Shown: positions 28,538 to 43,286, numbered from the stretch's first letter. The stretch: DNA of 64,000 bases from Eledone cirrhosa (GCA_964016885.1 OZ024746.1:41788001-41852000); one strand, 5' to 3'. Made by a program: numbers and translations. The notes: a model not told the origin generated them from the letters alone.

Positions 28538-28902
28538 ATATGTGTAATATATATATATATATATGTGTATATATTATATATATATGTGTATATATATATA
28601 TATATGTGTATATATATATATATGTGTATGTATATATATATGTGTATGTATATATATATATGTGTATGTATATATATATATGTGTAGTATATATATGTGT
28701 ATGTATATATATGTGTATGTATATATAGTATGTATATGTATATATATATGTATGTATATATATATATATATGTATGTATATATATATATATATGTATGTA
28801 TATATATATATAATGTATGTATATATATATATATGTATGTATATATATATATATGTATGATATATATATGTATATATATATATATGTATGTATATATATA
28901 TG

Positions 28903-29027
<125 letters not shown>

Positions 29028-29069
29028 GTATGTATGTATGTATGTATATATATATATATATATGTATAT

Positions 29070-31060
29070 GACCCAATAGAGGGACCAGCAGCTGTTAGTC
29101 GAAGGTAGTATAATAAGTAAGGCAATCAAAGATACGGGTAAGGCGACTGTATCTTCGGAAATAGTTGCTGAAATGGTGAAAGCTTCTGGAACGGTGGGAC
29201 ACACCATGGTCACCCGGATAGTAAACCAAGTCATACAGAATGGGGTTGTTCCGAAGGACTGGCATAGCACCATCATCATTAACTGCTACAAGGGTAAAGG
29301 AGATGCCCTAGATAGGAGTAACTATAGAGGCATTAAATTAATCGACCAGGTCATGAAGGTCACGGAAAAAGTGATAGCGCAACTAATCAGAGAGCGAATT
29401 GATCTAGATGAAATGCAGTTCGGGTTTGTGTCAGGAAAAAGTACCACAGACGCTCTTTTCATTGTACGACAACTACAGGAGAAGTACCTAGCTAAAAGTA
29501 AACCCCTATACTTAGCTTTTGTCGACTTGGAGAAAGCCTTCGACAGAGTCCCCCGTTCCATTATCTGGTGGGCTCTTAGAAAACGAGATGTTGATGAATG
29601 GCTTGTGAGAGCTATACAAGCCATGTATAAAGAAACAGTCAGCAAGGTTAGAATTAACAACGAATATAGTGAAGAGTTTAGCGTAAAAGTTGGTGTTCAT
29701 CAGGGCTCCGTTCTTAGCCCCCTACTATTTATTATTGCCCTTCAGGCTATAACAGTGGAGTTCATGACCGGCTGCCCATGGGAACTCCTATACGCAGATG
29801 ATCTAATGCTCATAGCTGAATCAAAGACTAAAGTTCTAGTTTGTAGGAAGGAAAATAGGGCGCCGGTCCCATCCGGGAAATGGCCATGCTCAGTGTGTAG
29901 GAAAGGAGTAGGTAGAAACTCCATGTTATGTCCCAAATGCAAAGTATGGGTGCATAAAAGATGTAGTGGGATCACAGGTAAGCTAACTAAGAACATAGAT
30001 TTTACATGTGGCCGGTGCTCTGGTGCAATAAGTAGCAGCAAGTGCCCACAAGAATACTAGCTCTTCCAATTGCACAGAGGGTTCTATAGAAATAGTGGAC
30101 AGCTTCCGTTACCTGGGTGACAAAATCAGCAGTGGGGGAGGGTGCTCTGAAAGTACTGTAGCTAGAGTCAGAACTGGATGGAAAAAGTTCAGAGAGCTTC
30201 TACCACTATTAGCCGCTAAAGGGTTCTCCCTAAAAATGAAAGGCAGGCTGTATGATGCCTGCATACGAACAGCAATGTTGCATGGCAGTGAGACCTGGGC
30301 ATTGTGTGCAGAGGTTATATGCAGACTAGAGAGGAAAAAGCTTGCATACTCCGCTGGATGTGTAATAGTAATATACGTGAACGGCAAATCATTAACGAAC
30401 TAAGGGAAAAATTAGAAATAAGAGGGATCAGATGTTGTTTACTCGAGAGAAGGCTACGTTGGTATGGTCACGTGATGCGCATGAAAGACGACAGCTGTAT
30501 AAAAAAGTGCAGGGCAATAAAGATAGACGGTAGCCACGGAGTAGGCAGACCCAGAAAAACCTGGGACGACTTGATAAATTCCGACCTCACACACTTACAC
30601 CTCTCCAAGGCAATGTCACTGGACCGAGATCTTTGGCGGTACTCCGTAATAGAGAAGTCCCGCCTTACCTAAATACAAAGTAAAACTTACTACAGTCAGT
30701 AGGCACCTCTAACAAAATACACCCCTGTCCCACTACCCCCACCCCATCCACACCGCCACTTTCAATGTAAAGTTATGTTGGTACCACAACATCCAGGCCG
30801 AAACAAATGAGGTCGTGTAGGTGTCACGACAAAAAAAAACACACAGTCCACGCTGTAATGTGGCCGTGTAGGTAACACGGTAAAAACCTCCCAGTTCCAC
30901 ACTGTAAATGTGGTTGGTGTTAGGAAGGGCATCCAGCCGTAGAAAACCCACCAGACAGTCCTATGCGAGCAAGACAACCACTCTTGCCTCAAGTGGGAAA
31001 ACTCCCGTCCAAACCCATGCAAGCGTGGAATATGGACGTTTAAACGATGATGATGATGAT
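29070..31060 (+). mobile_element. RTE LINE family A, 5'-truncated and disrupted
   Basis: [53 protein letters not shown]. Has an internal deletion and frameshifts; ends in a (GAT)n tail. Confidence 0.95.
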
Positions 31061-31167
31061 ATATATATATATATGTATGTATATATATATATATATGTAT
31101 GTATGTGTATATATATATGTATGTATGTATATATATATATGTATGTATGTATATATATATATGTATG

Positions 31168-31238
<71 letters not shown>

Positions 31239-31287
31239 ATATATATATATATATATATATGAATGTATGTATATATATATATGTATG

Positions 31288-31338
<51 letters not shown>

Positions 31339-31433
31339 ATATATATATATGTATGTATGTCTATATATATATATATGTATGTATGTCTATATATATATAT
31401 ATGTATGTATGTCTATATATATATATATGTATG

Positions 31434-31478
<45 letters not shown>

Positions 31479-31480
31479 AT

Positions 31481-31652
31481 ATCATCATCATCATCATCAT
31501 CATCAGGTTTAGCGTCCGTGTTCCACGCTTGCATGGGTTTGGACGGGGGTTTTCCCACTTGAGGCAAGAGTGGTTGTCTTACTCGCATAGGACTGTCTGG
31601 CGGGTTTTCTACAGTTGGATGCCCTTCCTAACACCAACCACATTTACAGTGT
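31481..31652 (-). mobile_element. RTE family A 3' tip, copy 1 of three identical fragments
   Basis: (atc)n-aggtttagcgtccgtgttcc...accacatttacagtgt. Confidence 0.9.
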
Positions 31653-31741
31653 ATATATATATATATATACATACATACATATATATATATATACATACAT
31701 ATATATATATATATATGTATGTATATATATATATATGTATG

Positions 31742-31822
<81 letters not shown>

Positions 31823-31861
31823 ATATATATATATGTATGTATGTATATATAAATATATGTG

Positions 31862-31897
<36 letters not shown>

Positions 31898-32107
31898 TGT
31901 ATATATATATATGTATATATATATATATGCATGTATATATATATATATGTATGTATATATATATATATGTATGTATATATATATGTGTATGTATATATAT
32001 ATATATATGTATGTATATATATATATATATGTATGTATATATATATATATGTATGTATATATATATATATATATATGTATGTATATATATATATATATAT
32101 ATGTATG

Positions 32108-32147
<40 letters not shown>

Positions 32148-32560
32148 TGTATGTATATATATATATATGTATGTATATATATATATATATGTATGTATAT
32201 ATATATATGTATATATATATATATGTATATATATATGTATGTATATATATATGTATGTATGTATATATATATGTATGTATGTATATATATATATATATGT
32301 GTATGTATATATATATGTATGTATATATATATATATGTATGTATATATATATGTATGTATATATATATGTATGTATGTATATATATATGTATGTATGTAT
32401 ATATATATATGTATGTATGTATATATATATATATGTATGTATGTATATATATATATATGTGTATGTATATATATATATATGTATGTATATATATATGTAT
32501 GTATATATATATATATGCATGTATATATATATGTATAGATATATATATATGTGTGTGTAT

Positions 32561-32732
32561 ATCATCATCATCATCATCATCATCAGGTTTAGCGTCCGTG
32601 TTCCACGCTTGCATGGGTTTGGACGGGGGTTTTCCCACTTGAGGCAAGAGTGGTTGTCTTACTCGCATAGGACTGTCTGGCGGGTTTTCTACAGTTGGAT
32701 GCCCTTCCTAACACCAACCACATTTACAGTGT
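32561..32732 (-). mobile_element. RTE family A 3' tip, copy 2
   Basis: Same sequence and truncation point as 31481-31652. Confidence 0.9.
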
Positions 32733-32877
32733 ATATATATATATATATACATACATACATATATATATATATACATACATATATATATATATATATGTAT
32801 GTATATATATATATATGTATGTATGTATATATATATATATATATATATATGAATGTATGTATATATATATATGTATG

Positions 32878-32928
<51 letters not shown>

Positions 32929-32997
32929 ATATATATATATGTATGTATGTCTATATATATATATATGTATGTATGTCTATATATATATATATGTATG

Positions 32998-33042
<45 letters not shown>

Positions 33043-33044
33043 AT

Positions 33045-33216
33045 ATCATCATCATCATCATCATCATCAGGTTTAGCGTCCGTGTTCCACGCTTGCATGG
33101 GTTTGGACGGGGGTTTTCCCACTTGAGGCAAGAGTGGTTGTCTTACTCGCATAGGACTGTCTGGCGGGTTTTCTACAGTTGGATGCCCTTCCTAACACCA
33201 ACCACATTTACAGTGT
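33045..33216 (-). mobile_element. RTE family A 3' tip, copy 3
   Basis: Same sequence and truncation point as 31481-31652. Confidence 0.9.
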
Positions 33217-33275
33217 ATATATATATATATATACATACATACATATATATATATATACATACATATATATATATA

Positions 33276-36275
33276 AAATTGGAATAAATGCTCTGAAATA
33301 GCGATATATATGTGAGTATAGACATAGAATATTCGAAAATATTCTGTATGTTTATAATAAACATTTTGAAGACCTAATCGCTATAGAATAGAATACGTCA
33401 CGTATTACAATTAGATTCTCGATAAAAGCAAGGGAAGTAATCTACGCGTTTCATTCTTGTTAGAATTCATCAGGACTACATATCCAGTGCTTTTATCGAG
33501 AATGACACAGCTAGAGACTTATAGAATACTTAGCTGTGTACTGGAACTGGTTTGAAAGAGCGGTTGCCGGTCCGGCAGAAATTAGAAATTGGAATAAATG
33601 CTCTGAAATAGCGATATATATGTGAGTATAGACATAGAATATTCGAAAATATTCTGTATGTTTATAATAAACATTTTGAAGACCTAATCGCTATAGAATA
33701 GAATACGTCACGTATTACAATTAGATTCTCGATAAAAGCAAGGGAAGTAATCTACGCGTTTCATTCTTGTTAGAATTCATCAGGACTACATATCCAGTGC
33801 TTTTATCGAGAATGACACAGCTAGAGACTTATAGAATACTTAGCTGTGTACTGGAACTGGTTTGAAAGAGCGGTTGCCGGTCCGGCAGAAATTAGAAATT
33901 GGAATAAATGCTCTGAAATAGCGATATATATGTGAGTATAGACATAGAATATTCGAAAATATTCTGTATGTTTATAATAAACATTTTGAAGACCTAATCG
34001 CTATAGAATAGAATACGTCACGTATTACAATTAGATTCTCGATAAAAGCAAGGGAAGTAATCTACGCGTTTCATTCTTGTTAGAATTCATCAGGACTACA
34101 TATCCAGTGCTTTTATCGAGAATGACACAGCTAGAGACTTATAGAATACTTAGCTGTGTACTGGAACTGGTTTGAAAGAGCGGTTGCCGGTCCGGCAGAA
34201 ATTAGAAATTGGAATAAATGCTCTGAAATAGCGATATATATGTGAGTATAGACATAGAATATTCGAAAATATTCTGTATGTTTATAATAAACATTTTGAA
34301 GACCTAATCGCTATAGAATAGAATACGTCACGTATTACAATTAGATTCTCGATAAAAGCAAGGGAAGTAATCTACGCGTTTCATTCTTGTTAGAATTCAT
34401 CAGGACTACATATCCAGTGCTTTTATCGAGAATGACACAGCTAGAGACTTATAGAATACTTAGCTGTGTACTGGAACTGGTTTGAAAGAGCGGTTGCCGG
34501 TCCGGCAGAAATTAGAAATTGGAATAAATGCTCTGAAATAGCGATATATATGTGAGTATAGACATAGAATATTCGAAAATATTCTGTATGTTTATAATAA
34601 ACATTTTGAAGACCTAATCGCTATAGAATAGAATACGTCACGTATTACAATTAGATTCTCGATAAAAGCAAGGGAAGTAATCTACGCGTTTCATTCTTGT
34701 TAGAATTCATCAGGACTACATATCCAGTGCTTTTATCGAGAATGACACAGCTAGAGACTTATAGAATACTTAGCTGTGTACTGGAACTGGTTTGAAAGAG
34801 CGGTTGCCGGTCCGGCAGAAATTAGAAATTGGAATAAATGCTCTGAAATAGCGATATATATGTGAGTATAGACATAGAATATTCGAAAATATTCTGTATG
34901 TTTATAATAAACATTTTGAAGACCTAATCGCTATAGAATAGAATACGTCACGTATTACAATTAGATTCTCGATAAAAGCAAGGGAAGTAATCTACGCGTT
35001 TCATTCTTGTTAGAATTCATCAGGACTACATATCCAGTGCTTTTATCGAGAATGACACAGCTAGAGACTTATAGAATACTTAGCTGTGTACTGGAACTGG
35101 TTTGAAAGAGCGGTTGCCGGTCCGGCAGAAATTAGAAATTGGAATAAATGCTCTGAAATAGCGATATATATGTGAGTATAGACATAGAATATTCGAAAAT
35201 ATTCTGTATGTTTATAATAAACATTTTGAAGACCTAATCGCTATAGAATAGAATACGTCACGTATTACAATTAGATTCTCGATAAAAGCAAGGGAAGTAA
35301 TCTACGCGTTTCATTCTTGTTAGAATTCATCAGGACTACATATCCAGTGCTTTTATCGAGAATGACACAGCTAGAGACTTATAGAATACTTAGCTGTGTA
35401 CTGGAACTGGTTTGAAAGAGCGGTTGCCGGTCCGGCAGAAATTAGAAATTGGAATAAATGCTCTGAAATAGCGATATATATGTGAGTATAGACATAGAAT
35501 ATTCGAAAATATTCTGTATGTTTATAATAAACATTTTGAAGACCTAATCGCTATAGAATAGAATACGTCACGTATTACAATTAGATTCTCGATAAAAGCA
35601 AGGGAAGTAATCTACGCGTTTCATTCTTGTTAGAATTCATCAGGACTACATATCCAGTGCTTTTATCGAGAATGACACAGCTAGAGACTTATAGAATACT
35701 TAGCTGTGTACTGGAACTGGTTTGAAAGAGCGGTTGCCGGTCCGGCAGAAATTAGAAATTGGAATAAATGCTCTGAAATAGCGATATATATGTGAGTATA
35801 GACATAGAATATTCGAAAATATTCTGTATGTTTATAATAAACATTTTGAAGACCTAATCGCTATAGAATAGAATACGTCACGTATTACAATTAGATTCTC
35901 GATAAAAGCAAGGGAAGTAATCTACGCGTTTCATTCTTGTTAGAATTCATCAGGACTACATATCCAGTGCTTTTATCGAGAATGACACAGCTAGAGACTT
36001 ATAGAATACTTAGCTGTGTACTGGAACTGGTTTGAAAGAGCGGTTGCCGGTCCGGCAGAAATTAGAAATTGGAATAAATGCTCTGAAATAGCGATATATA
36101 TGTGAGTATAGACATAGAATATTCGAAAATATTCTGTATGTTTATAATAAACATTTTGAAGACCTAATCGCTATAGAATAGAATACGTCACGTATTACAA
36201 TTAGATTCTCGATAAAAGCAAGGGAAGTAATCTACGCGTTTCATTCTTGTTAGAATTCATCAGGACTACATATCC
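33276..36275 (-). mobile_element. Retrozyme-like tandem array, left arm: about 9.7 x 310-bp monomers, 10 hammerheads on the minus strand
   Basis: ggaataaatg recurs at 33281, 33591, 33901 ... 36071 (period 310). First HHR at 33437-33479. Confidence 0.92.
33437..33479 (-). ncRNA. Minimal type I hammerhead ribozyme (first of 10, every 310 bp)
   Basis: Minus strand: gtagtc-CTGATGA-attct(aaca)agaat-GAAACGCGTA-gattac. Confidence 0.92.
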
Positions 36276-38710
36276 GGACCGGCAACCGCTCTTTCAAACC
36301 AGTTCCAGTACACAGCTAAGTATTCTATAAGTCTCTAGCTGTGTCATTCTCGATAAAAGCACTGGATATGTAGTCCTGATGAATTCTAACAAGAATGAAA
36401 CGCGTAGATTACTTCCCTTGCTTTTATCGAGAATCTAATTGTAATACGTGACGTATTCTATTCTATAGCGATTAGGTCTTCAAAATGTTTATTATAAACA
36501 TACAGAATATTTTCGAATATTCTATGTCTATACTCACATATATATCGCTATTTCAGAGCATTTATTCCAATTTCTAATTTCTGCCGGACCGGCAACCGCT
36601 CTTTCAAACCAGTTCCAGTACACAGCTAAGTATTCTATAAGTCTCTAGCTGTGTCATTCTCGATAAAAGCACTGGATATGTAGTCCTGATGAATTCTAAC
36701 AAGAATGAAACGCGTAGATTACTTCCCTTGCTTTTATCGAGAATCTAATTGTAATACGTGACGTATTCTATTCTATAGCGATTAGGTCTTCAAAATGTTT
36801 ATTATAAACATACAGAATATTTTCGAATATTCTATGTCTATACTCACATATATATCGCTATTTCAGAGCATTTATTCCAATTTCTAATTTCTGCCGGACC
36901 GGCAACCGCTCTTTCAAACCAGTTCCAGTACACAGCTAAGTATTCTATAAGTCTCTAGCTGTGTCATTCTCGATAAAAGCACTGGATATGTAGTCCTGAT
37001 GAATTCTAACAAGAATGAAACGCGTAGATTACTTCCCTTGCTTTTATCGAGAATCTAATTGTAATACGTGACGTATTCTATTCTATAGCGATTAGGTCTT
37101 CAAAATGTTTATTATAAACATACAGAATATTTTCGAATATTCTATGTCTATACTCACATATATATCGCTATTTCAGAGCATTTATTCCAATTTCTAATTT
37201 CTGCCGGACCGGCAACCGCTCTTTCAAACCAGTTCCAGTACACAGCTAAGTATTCTATAAGTCTCTAGCTGTGTCATTCTCGATAAAAGCACTGGATATG
37301 TAGTCCTGATGAATTCTAACAAGAATGAAACGCGTAGATTACTTCCCTTGCTTTTATCGAGAATCTAATTGTAATACGTGACGTATTCTATTCTATAGCG
37401 ATTAGGTCTTCAAAATGTTTATTATAAACATACAGAATATTTTCGAATATTCTATGTCTATACTCACATATATATCGCTATTTCAGAGCATTTATTCCAA
37501 TTTCTAATTTCTGCCGGACCGGCAACCGCTCTTTCAAACCAGTTCCAGTACACAGCTAAGTATTCTATAAGTCTCTAGCTGTGTCATTCTCGATAAAAGC
37601 ACTGGATATGTAGTCCTGATGAATTCTAACAAGAATGAAACGCGTAGATTACTTCCCTTGCTTTTATCGAGAATCTAATTGTAATACGTGACGTATTCTA
37701 TTCTATAGCGATTAGGTCTTCAAAATGTTTATTATAAACATACAGAATATTTTCGAATATTCTATGTCTATACTCACATATATATCGCTATTTCAGAGCA
37801 TTTATTCCAATTTCTAATTTCTGCCGGACCGGCAACCGCTCTTTCAAACCAGTTCCAGTACACAGCTAAGTATTCTATAAGTCTCTAGCTGTGTCATTCT
37901 CGATAAAAGCACTGGATATGTAGTCCTGATGAATTCTAACAAGAATGAAACGCGTAGATTACTTCCCTTGCTTTTATCGAGAATCTAATTGTAATACGTG
38001 ACGTATTCTATTCTATAGCGATTAGGTCTTCAAAATGTTTATTATAAACATACAGAATATTTTCGAATATTCTATGTCTATACTCACATATATATCGCTA
38101 TTTCAGAGCATTTATTCCAATTTCTAATTTCTGCCGGACCGGCAACCGCTCTTTCAAACCAGTTCCAGTACACAGCTAAGTATTCTATAAGTCTCTAGCT
38201 GTGTCATTCTCGATAAAAGCACTGGATATGTAGTCCTGATGAATTCTAACAAGAATGAAACGCGTAGATTACTTCCCTTGCTTTTATCGAGAATCTAATT
38301 GTAATACGTGACGTATTCTATTCTATAGCGATTAGGTCTTCAAAATGTTTATTATAAACATACAGAATATTTTCGAATATTCTATGTCTATACTCACATA
38401 TATATCGCTATTTCAGAGCATTTATTCCAATTTCTAATTTCTGCCGGACCGGCAACCGCTCTTTCAAACCAGTTCCAGTACACAGCTAAGTATTCTATAA
38501 GTCTCTAGCTGTGTCATTCTCGATAAAAGCACTGGATATGTAGTCCTGATGAATTCTAACAAGAATGAAACGCGTAGATTACTTCCCTTGCTTTTATCGA
38601 GAATCTAATTGTAATACGTGACGTATTCTATTCTATAGCGATTAGGTCTTCAAAATGTTTATTATAAACATACAGAATATTTTCGAATATTCTATGTCTA
38701 TACTCACATA
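36274..38710 (+). mobile_element. Retrozyme-like tandem array, right arm: about 7.9 x the same monomer inverted, 8 hammerheads on the plus strand
   Basis: ggcaaccgct recurs at 36281, 36591 ... 38451; reverse complement of the left-arm monomer. Confidence 0.92.
36370..36412 (+). ncRNA. Minimal type I hammerhead ribozyme (first of 8; predicted cleavage after GUA at 36406)
   Basis: gtagtc-CTGATGA-attct(aaca)agaat-GAAACGCGTA-gattac. Stem I 6 bp, stem II 5 bp, palindromic stem III ACGCGU. Confidence 0.92.
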
Positions 38711-38750
38711 TATATATATATATATGTATGTATATATATATATATGTATG

Positions 38751-38827
<77 letters not shown>

Positions 38828-38866
38828 ATATATATATATGTATGTATGTATATATAAATATATGTG

Positions 38867-38906
<40 letters not shown>

Positions 38907-39116
38907 TGTATATATATATATGTATATATATATATATGCATGTATATATATATATATGTATGTATATATATATATATGTATGTATATATATATGTGTATG
39001 TATATATATATATATATGTATGTATATATATATATATATGTATGTATATATATATATATGTATGTATATATATATATATATATATGTATGTATATATATA
39101 TATATATATATGTATG

Positions 39117-39156
<40 letters not shown>

Positions 39157-39204
39157 TGTATGTATATATATATATATGTATGTATATATATATATATATG
39201 TATG

Positions 39205-39235
<31 letters not shown>

Positions 39236-39730
39236 GTATATATATATGTATGTATATATATATGTATGTATGTATATATATATGTATGTATGTATATATA
39301 TATATATATGTGTATGTATATATATATGTATGTATATATATATATATGTATGTATATATATATGTATGTATATATATATGTATGTATGTATATATATATG
39401 TATGTATGTATATATATATATGTATGTATGTATATATATATATATGTATGTATGTATATATATATATATGTGTATGTATATATATATATATGTATGTATA
39501 TATATATGTATGTATATATATATATATGCATGTATATATATATGTATATATATATATATGCATGTATATATATATATATATGTATGTATATATATATATA
39601 TGTATGTATATATATATATATGTGTATGTATATATATATATATGTATGTATATATATATGTATGTATATATATATATATGCATGTATATATATATGTATG
39701 TATATATATATGTATATATATATATGTATG

Positions 39731-39766
<36 letters not shown>

Positions 39767-39816
39767 TATGTATGAAAAAGAACACAAGAGCGTCTACAAC
39801 ATCAAAAGATTTTTAT

Positions 39817-39865
39817 TGGCTTACAATGTTTCTTCCTTACGTAACCGTAGGATTCGTCAGAGCTA
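39817..39865 (-). ncRNA. Type I hammerhead ribozyme within a probable PLE terminal fragment (39775-40500)
   Basis: Minus strand: tagct-CTGACGA-atcctacg(gtta)cgtaaggaa-GAAACATTGTA-agcca. GUA site. Confidence 0.75.
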
Positions 39866-40539
39866 TAAAAGGGGTTTGATTGGTGTTATGGACTCTACCA
39901 ACCAAACATTCAAGAACAAAGAGTAAAGAGAGTAAAGGGCAAAAGTAGGGGACGATAAGTCTAATTTTGGTGCGGGAGGGTGGGGTGTGGGTCCTTGTTT
40001 ACAAGCTGCGGTCATATTCATTCCCGGGAGTCGAGTGGTTAGCTGAACCATAGATGGGGTGGCGTCGATAGTATGGTGCAGAGGGTGTGCAGAGGCTACA
40101 CAAACACAAAGGGCATACAATATATATATATATATAACGGAGGAGAAAGTACCTGAGGTAATTAGAAATGGAAAAAGAGTAATAATAATAATCTATAATT
40201 AATAATGTATAATAAGGCATGGGGAAGATTACACTATAATAAGGTATAAAAGTAAGAATAAGGTGAAATATAAAGGAGGATAAAAGTGGAAATAATAAAG
40301 ATAAAAAAATATATATATATGTAAAAAAATATATAGAGAATATATAAAGAAATATAAGCGAATATTTGGAGGGGAAAACACAATGTAAAAAAAACGATTT
40401 TTTTCAAATAATAATAAAAATATTATAATTATGGGGGGAGAAAACGGGATAGAGAAATATGATCAAGTGTGATTAGTTGAGAGAATATAAGATGATAATA
40501 TATATATATAAGATGATAATATATATATATATATGTATG

Positions 40540-40570
<31 letters not shown>

Positions 40571-40581
40571 ATATATATATG

Positions 40582-40626
<45 letters not shown>

Positions 40627-40911
40627 ATATATATGTATGTATGTATATATATATATATATGTATGTATATATATATATATGTATGTATATATATATGTAT
40701 GTATATATATATATATATATGTATGTATATATATATATATATGCATGTATATATATGTATATATATATATATGTATGTATGTATATATATATATATGTAT
40801 GTATATATATATATATATGTATGTATATATATATATATGTAGGTATATATATATATATGTATGTAGGTATATATATATATATGTATGTAGGTATATATAT
40901 ATATATGTATG

Positions 40912-40944
<33 letters not shown>

Positions 40945-40987
40945 ATATATATATGTATGTATATATATATATATATGTATATATATA

Positions 40988-41100
40988 TAACTTTGAATAA
41001 ACTTTGAAATGTTTTGGCCAGTATTGGCCCAGGCCATGTCTAACTTAATAGCACCACCTGGCGAAGTCTTTCAATTCAGGATTTGGGCACCATGGCCCAT
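40988..41100 (-). mobile_element. 3' tip of the CR1/L2-group LINE
   Basis: Near-identical reverse complement of 24098-24208; flanked by (TA)n. Confidence 0.92.
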
Positions 41101-41117
41101 ATATATATATATATATG

Positions 41118-41156
<39 letters not shown>

Positions 41157-41189
41157 ATATATATATATATGTATGTATATATATATATG

Positions 41190-41264
<75 letters not shown>

Positions 41265-41361
41265 ATATATATATATATATGTATGTATATATATATGTAT
41301 GTATATATATATATATATATGTATGTATATATATATGTATGTATATATATATATATATATG

Positions 41362-41400
<39 letters not shown>

Positions 41401-41629
41401 ATATATATATATATGTATGTATATATATGCATGTATATATATATATATATATGTATGTATATATATATATGTATGTATATATATATATATATGTATGTAT
41501 ATATATGCATGTATATATATATATATATATATGTATGTATATATATATATATATGCATGTATATATATATGTATGTATGTATATATGTATGTATATATAT
41601 ATATATATGCATGTATATATATATGTATG

Positions 41630-41698
<69 letters not shown>

Positions 41699-41737
41699 GT
41701 AGGTATATATATATGTATGTAGGTATATATATGTATG

Positions 41738-41768
<31 letters not shown>

Positions 41769-41800
41769 ATATATATATGTATGTATATATATATATGTAC

Positions 41801-41848
<48 letters not shown>

Positions 41849-42119
41849 ATATATATGTATGTATATATATATGTATATATATATGTATGTATATATATAT
41901 GTATGTATATATATATGTATGTATATATATATGTATGTATATATATATATATATGTATGTATATATATATATATATGTATGTATATATATATATATATGT
42001 ATGTATATATATATATATATGTATGTATATATATATATATATATATGTATGTATATATATATATATATGTATGTATATATATATATATGTATGTATATAT
42101 ATATATATATATATGTATG

Positions 42120-42213
<94 letters not shown>

Positions 42214-42281
42214 TGTATGTATATATATATATATGTATGTATATATATATATATATGTATGTATATATATATATATGTATG

Positions 42282-42312
<31 letters not shown>

Positions 42313-42355
42313 GTATGTATTTAAATATATGTATATATATATATGTATGTGTATG

Positions 42356-42395
<40 letters not shown>

Positions 42396-42617
42396 TATGT
42401 ATGTATATATATATATATGTATGTATATATACATGTATGTATATATATATATATATGTATGTATATATATATATATATATGTATGTATATTTATATATAT
42501 ATATATATATGTATATATATGTATGTATATATATATATATATATGTATATATATGTATGTATATATATATATATATATGTATGTATATTTATATATATAT
42601 ATGTATATATATGTATG

Positions 42618-42664
<47 letters not shown>

Positions 42665-42819
42665 ATATATATATATATGTATGTATATTTATATGTATGT
42701 ATGTATATATATATATGTATGTATGTATATATATATGTATGTATGTATATATATATGTATGTATGTATATATATATGTATGTATGTATATATATATGTAT
42801 GTATATATATATATGTATG

Positions 42820-42890
<71 letters not shown>

Positions 42891-43286
42891 GTATGTATAT
42901 ATGTATGTATATATGTATATATGTATATATGTATGTATATATGTATATATGTATATATGTATGTATATATGTATATATATATATATGTATGTATATATGT
43001 ATGTATATATATTTGTATGTATATATGTATGTATATATATATATATGTATGTATATATATATATATATGTATGTGTGTATATATATATGTGTGTGTATAT
43101 ATATATATATGTATATATATATGTGTATATATATATATATGTATATATATATGTATGTATATATATATATATTATTATTTATATATGTATGTATATATGT
43201 ATGTATATATGTATGTATATATATATGACTGTATGTATATATATGTATGTATGTATGTATATATATATATGTATATATATATGACT

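Larger units (their letters stand above)
38711..43286. repeat. (TA)n/(TATG)n microsatellite block
   Basis: Direct inspection; interrupted at 39775-40500 and 40988-41100. Confidence 0.97.

Noticed and set aside
33360-33600. Second, opposite-polarity ribozyme in the 310-bp monomer (ttgaaga...attagaaa)
   Set aside because: The core is non-canonical and stems I and III could not be formed; kept only as a conserved motif.
33276-38710. CRISPR array or protein-coding repeat
   Set aside because: Units are fully repeated with no variable spacers, there are no cas genes, no ORF, and the context is eukaryotic.
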